A DNA stretch of 64,000 bases from the NCBI GenBank assembly GCA_030704615.1, contig CM060734.1, forward strand, positions 53,692,001-53,756,000. The letters run 5' to 3'. Source of the DNA: Takakia lepidozioides (taxonomy: Eukaryota > Plantae > Bryophyta). Of the stretch, positions 60,967-64,000 are shown piece after piece. How positions within the stretch are numbered: position 1 is the first letter of the stretch; each line of letters begins with the position of its first letter. Made by a program: the position numbers and the translations under genes. A model generated the notes under the pieces. The model did no database searches. It was given only the letters and a program-made list of their open reading frames with translations, and had not been told where the DNA came from.

Positions 60967-62229
60967 CATTGCTGACTGCAAAGAGAGACACAGATGTAGC
61001 TGAGTTATACAAAGTCTAAAGGTTGTACATCCAATGGCCTGCAACAGATAATTGAGAGCATCAGTTTGCAGGTTGGAATAGTGAAAGTATTTTTAGCCAA
61101 AATTGCTTCAGCTTATATTGGATGTCTGAACCATCCCACATGGTCAGCTATACTTATAAAAAGCGCACATACTCCTGACATTTTTCTTCTGCAACTGTTG
61201 CAGGCAGGTTCAAGTGCCAGCGCAGGATTGCGTCTCTTGTTCACAAAATGTGTCAGCGTACACTTCAGTAATTAGTCGATAGTATGCAACCAAACTCATG
61301 AGTAAACTTCAGATTTCGCAAGTGTATCTAAAGCCAGGGTGTCCACTTCAGAGACATGTCTTAATGTAGTGGTTGTCTTTGTATTCATCTCACACATTTC
61401 TAGCATGCCAAGTACAGCATGGCACAGTTACACAGTATGGCAAGCCAGTTATCCAAGTCTGGTGCACACAAGGTTACTCACATAGGTGGGATTCACCTTC
61501 AGTAGCCAAAAATCCAATTGATCTAATTTTTGAATTGTGGCATTCACTGATTCCTGGGATCTGTATGTGGTCCTTTGCTGGAAAACAGAGGCAAGGCAAG
61601 GCTCTCTCAGTAGTTGGTGGAGAGAAGAAGTGAGTAACTTGTTGCACTTGTATTCCTGGTCATGAGTTCTACAAGATGATCATCGTCAGATTGTGTGTCT
61701 GAATTTATGGAACAACAAGATGCACGACCTTTTGAGACTTTGAGCACTTGATTCTCTGTAAGAGGGCCGCACAATCCCTCTATCAACTATGGCTGATGAC
61801 AAGCAGAGGTATTTTTGTTAGCTCTGGAGGGCCGCTCACTCTCCTAACCACCAATAATAATACCGAGGGGACCTGAAAGAACATCTCTGAAATGAGGAGA
61901 CGGGATTCGGGTAGGGGTGTATTTGTGTACTTCGGTGTTGGCACGAGTAACACCGCGCTGCAGTCGAAACTCTTCTAAGTTTCTTCTAATGCATTGCTGT
62001 AGTTCTACCGTCTTGAAATAACCTCAATTGAGACTAGAACGGAGGATGCGGCACATCTGTGCAGCGCTTCTTCATGCCTATGAAACCCTAGGATACAGCA
62101 AGCGATTAGGTCACGACGATGTCATTGGATTGATGGTCACTCTGCGGTTACGATTGGATCACAAGAGTAGAGCTGAGGGTCAGGGGTGGAGAGGACCAAC
62201 AGTCTGACATGGAAGGGCGTTCTCCCATA

Positions 62230-64000
62230 ATGGAGTGCCCTCGTGACACCAGCGATGATGATGATTACTTCGAGGCATCGATTTTTGTTGATGAAAGGTG
62301 ACGCAACATCCCCTTGCTTGCAGTCCATCGAATTCTATGTCCACTACCATAGTTGGCACTCTTCCAATCTATACTTTCAACAATGGGTGTGCGTTGTCTT
62401 GAGGACTCACAAATGAGTTGATCTTTCAGTACTGACTTAAGATGCGTGGCTCTTTAACCCTTCTTAATTCGATACTCGGCTCTGATAGGGATGTAGAGAG
62501 TTCTTTGCAGTAAGCTGCGGTCAAGGTTTATTGCAACAATGCTGGCCACGTTTCAAGCTGTGGTTGTCACTGTTATAGCTCTAGAATTAGTGATATAGTA
62601 GTACGAAGCTCTGATCAGTAGATATTTCTGCGTCCCTTTTTCCAGCAAGAGGTCGTCACAAAAATGTTGTGCTCCTGCTGGATGTTTAGGCTTCCTGTCG
62701 AGGGCTTTCTGATGGACGCTAGGTAGGTGGAGTTGCAGTGGGTTCATGTTGTGTTCCCCTGTGGATATATAACATTCCTCTCTTTCTTTCTTTTTTCTCT
62801 CACGATATAAAGCAATGTTCCCCTATCCTCTAGGAGTGAGTAAAGGGTTCAGGGTTGAAGATTGAAGGTTTTAGGCGATTCTTGTGCTTTTCGTATTATT
62901 TGGTGGCTCCAAGGTTCAGGATAGAGTCTGTAATTTCTTCATCTTCTTATGAGCACCTGTACCAATTTCTCCTAATATCTTCCCCAATTTCTGTTTTTTT
63001 TTTCTGGGGGGGAGTGTTCCCAAAGAAGTCAGCTTATTATATATTTCCTTGCTGATGGAGCAAGAGTGACCCATGGTTCTTGGTGCAGTTACGTGACACG
63101 GGATTTTATTCTAGGCCCCCACATCATCAAAGTTCTTTGCCTCCAGTCGGCTTCCAGTAAGTATTTGATGCTGAAATTGTTCTTGTTATTTTGGCATGTT
63201 TGACTGAGGCTGCTATGCCCAGTAATTTAGAGTTCACCATGTGTACCTTCTTAGTGCTTTGAGGGCTGCAAACTTCTCCAGGAAGCTGCTAGCTTTATCA
63301 TGGCAAAGTCTCCAAGACTTTGTCCTTACCAGCTTCCTGCAGTCATACATTTATAACTTCAGGTCATCCAAGAACCAACCAGGTACAGGCCTGTGTTGGT
63401 GACCTGGTTGATAACTAGAAAATATATACATGGAAGAAGCCAGATAGGAAAGATTTTGCTGAGATGATGGCTCTTCGAACTCAAACTCGTGCAAGATTAT
63501 TAACCACCTCGCTATCCTTCCACTTATCAAAGGTTTGTTCACTCAAAAGTAGGCTATCGTTGACTTGAATTCACCACCCGCTGTCTAGCCACAGTCACTT
63601 TACCTCTTTTCAATATGATTTTGCTGCAGTTCCTGGAAAGATAAGAAGCCTAAGCATCAATGTGTACAGTGAAGCGGCAACCTTGGCAATTGAATCGGGG
63701 TGATTAACTAAGATTGCCTGTGGGGAGGGTAGCCGATTATGATCTTACGGGGCAGCTGGTGTGGCCAGGGGCAGAGCTTCTAAATGACTACTTGGTGGCT
63801 CGTGCCCCACTTCTTGAAGGCCTCTCAGTCATTGAACTTGGCTCGGGTGTTGGTGAGTGTCTAGAGGCTCCCAGCTTTCTCCCCTTGGATGTCAGTAATT
63901 AGCACTAGCTGTCATGTTGAGGCCTCAGTCATTGAACTTGGCTCGGGTGTTGGTGAGTGTCTAGAGGCTCCCAGCTTTCCCCCCTTGGATGTCAGTAATT
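62230..64000 (+). CDS. Family-16 (METTL21-like) protein methyltransferase, 5' part; runs off the window
   Basis: Exons MECPRDTSDDDDYFEASIFVDE (62230-~62297), YVTRDFILGPHIIKVLCLQSAS (~63089-63156) and DYDLTGQLVWPGAELLNDYL..VIELGSGVG (63733-63852). Confidence 0.85.
63474..63550 (-). mobile_element. Tiny Ty3/gypsy RNase H relic in an intron
   Basis: VNKPLISGRIARWLIILHEFEFE resembles the gypsy RNase H C-terminal GRIARW..L.EF motif. Confidence 0.6.
63824..64000. repeat. 100 bp-period tandem duplication spanning an exon end and splice donor
   Basis: 63824-63900 is repeated almost exactly at 63924-64000. Confidence 0.9.

Overview
Eukaryotic, intron-containing land-plant DNA. A bryophyte or other seed-free lineage is likely, inferred from the Tcn1-like chromovirus, the CRE-like LINE and the expanded PLS-DYW PPR genes. 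The left ~34 kb is repeat-derived. It holds a decayed Ty3/gypsy chromovirus, a CRE-like RLE non-LTR element with an internal inversion, a tRNA-derived SINE family, a decayed Ty1/copia element, and a ~19.9 kb non-autonomous CACTA-bounded block (9677-29580). That block contains a nested second CACTA (10106-15036), and both carry broken copies of one unusual gene family. The right ~29 kb is gene-rich: a conserved membrane protein, an intact PLS-E-DYW PPR gene, PGP synthase, CWC25, a CBS-CBS-PB1 protein and the start of a family-16 methyltransferase. Main finding: the intact PPR-DYW gene (39040-41656) appears to begin with two short exons encoding a PDF motif (LWxEFxxDPxxWWDNR..K/NP..PDF.HK....LW.D....PPWV), the ssDNA-binding module of OSB/pTAC9 organellar proteins. 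This would give an ssDNA-binding + RNA-reading + cytidine-deaminase chimera. Multi-PDF versions of the same architecture occur as CACTA cargo, and a frameshifted NEN-type DEDDh exonuclease exon lies just upstream in a splice-compatible phase. All exon structures were inferred by eye from GT/AG signals and translation; no database searches were run.
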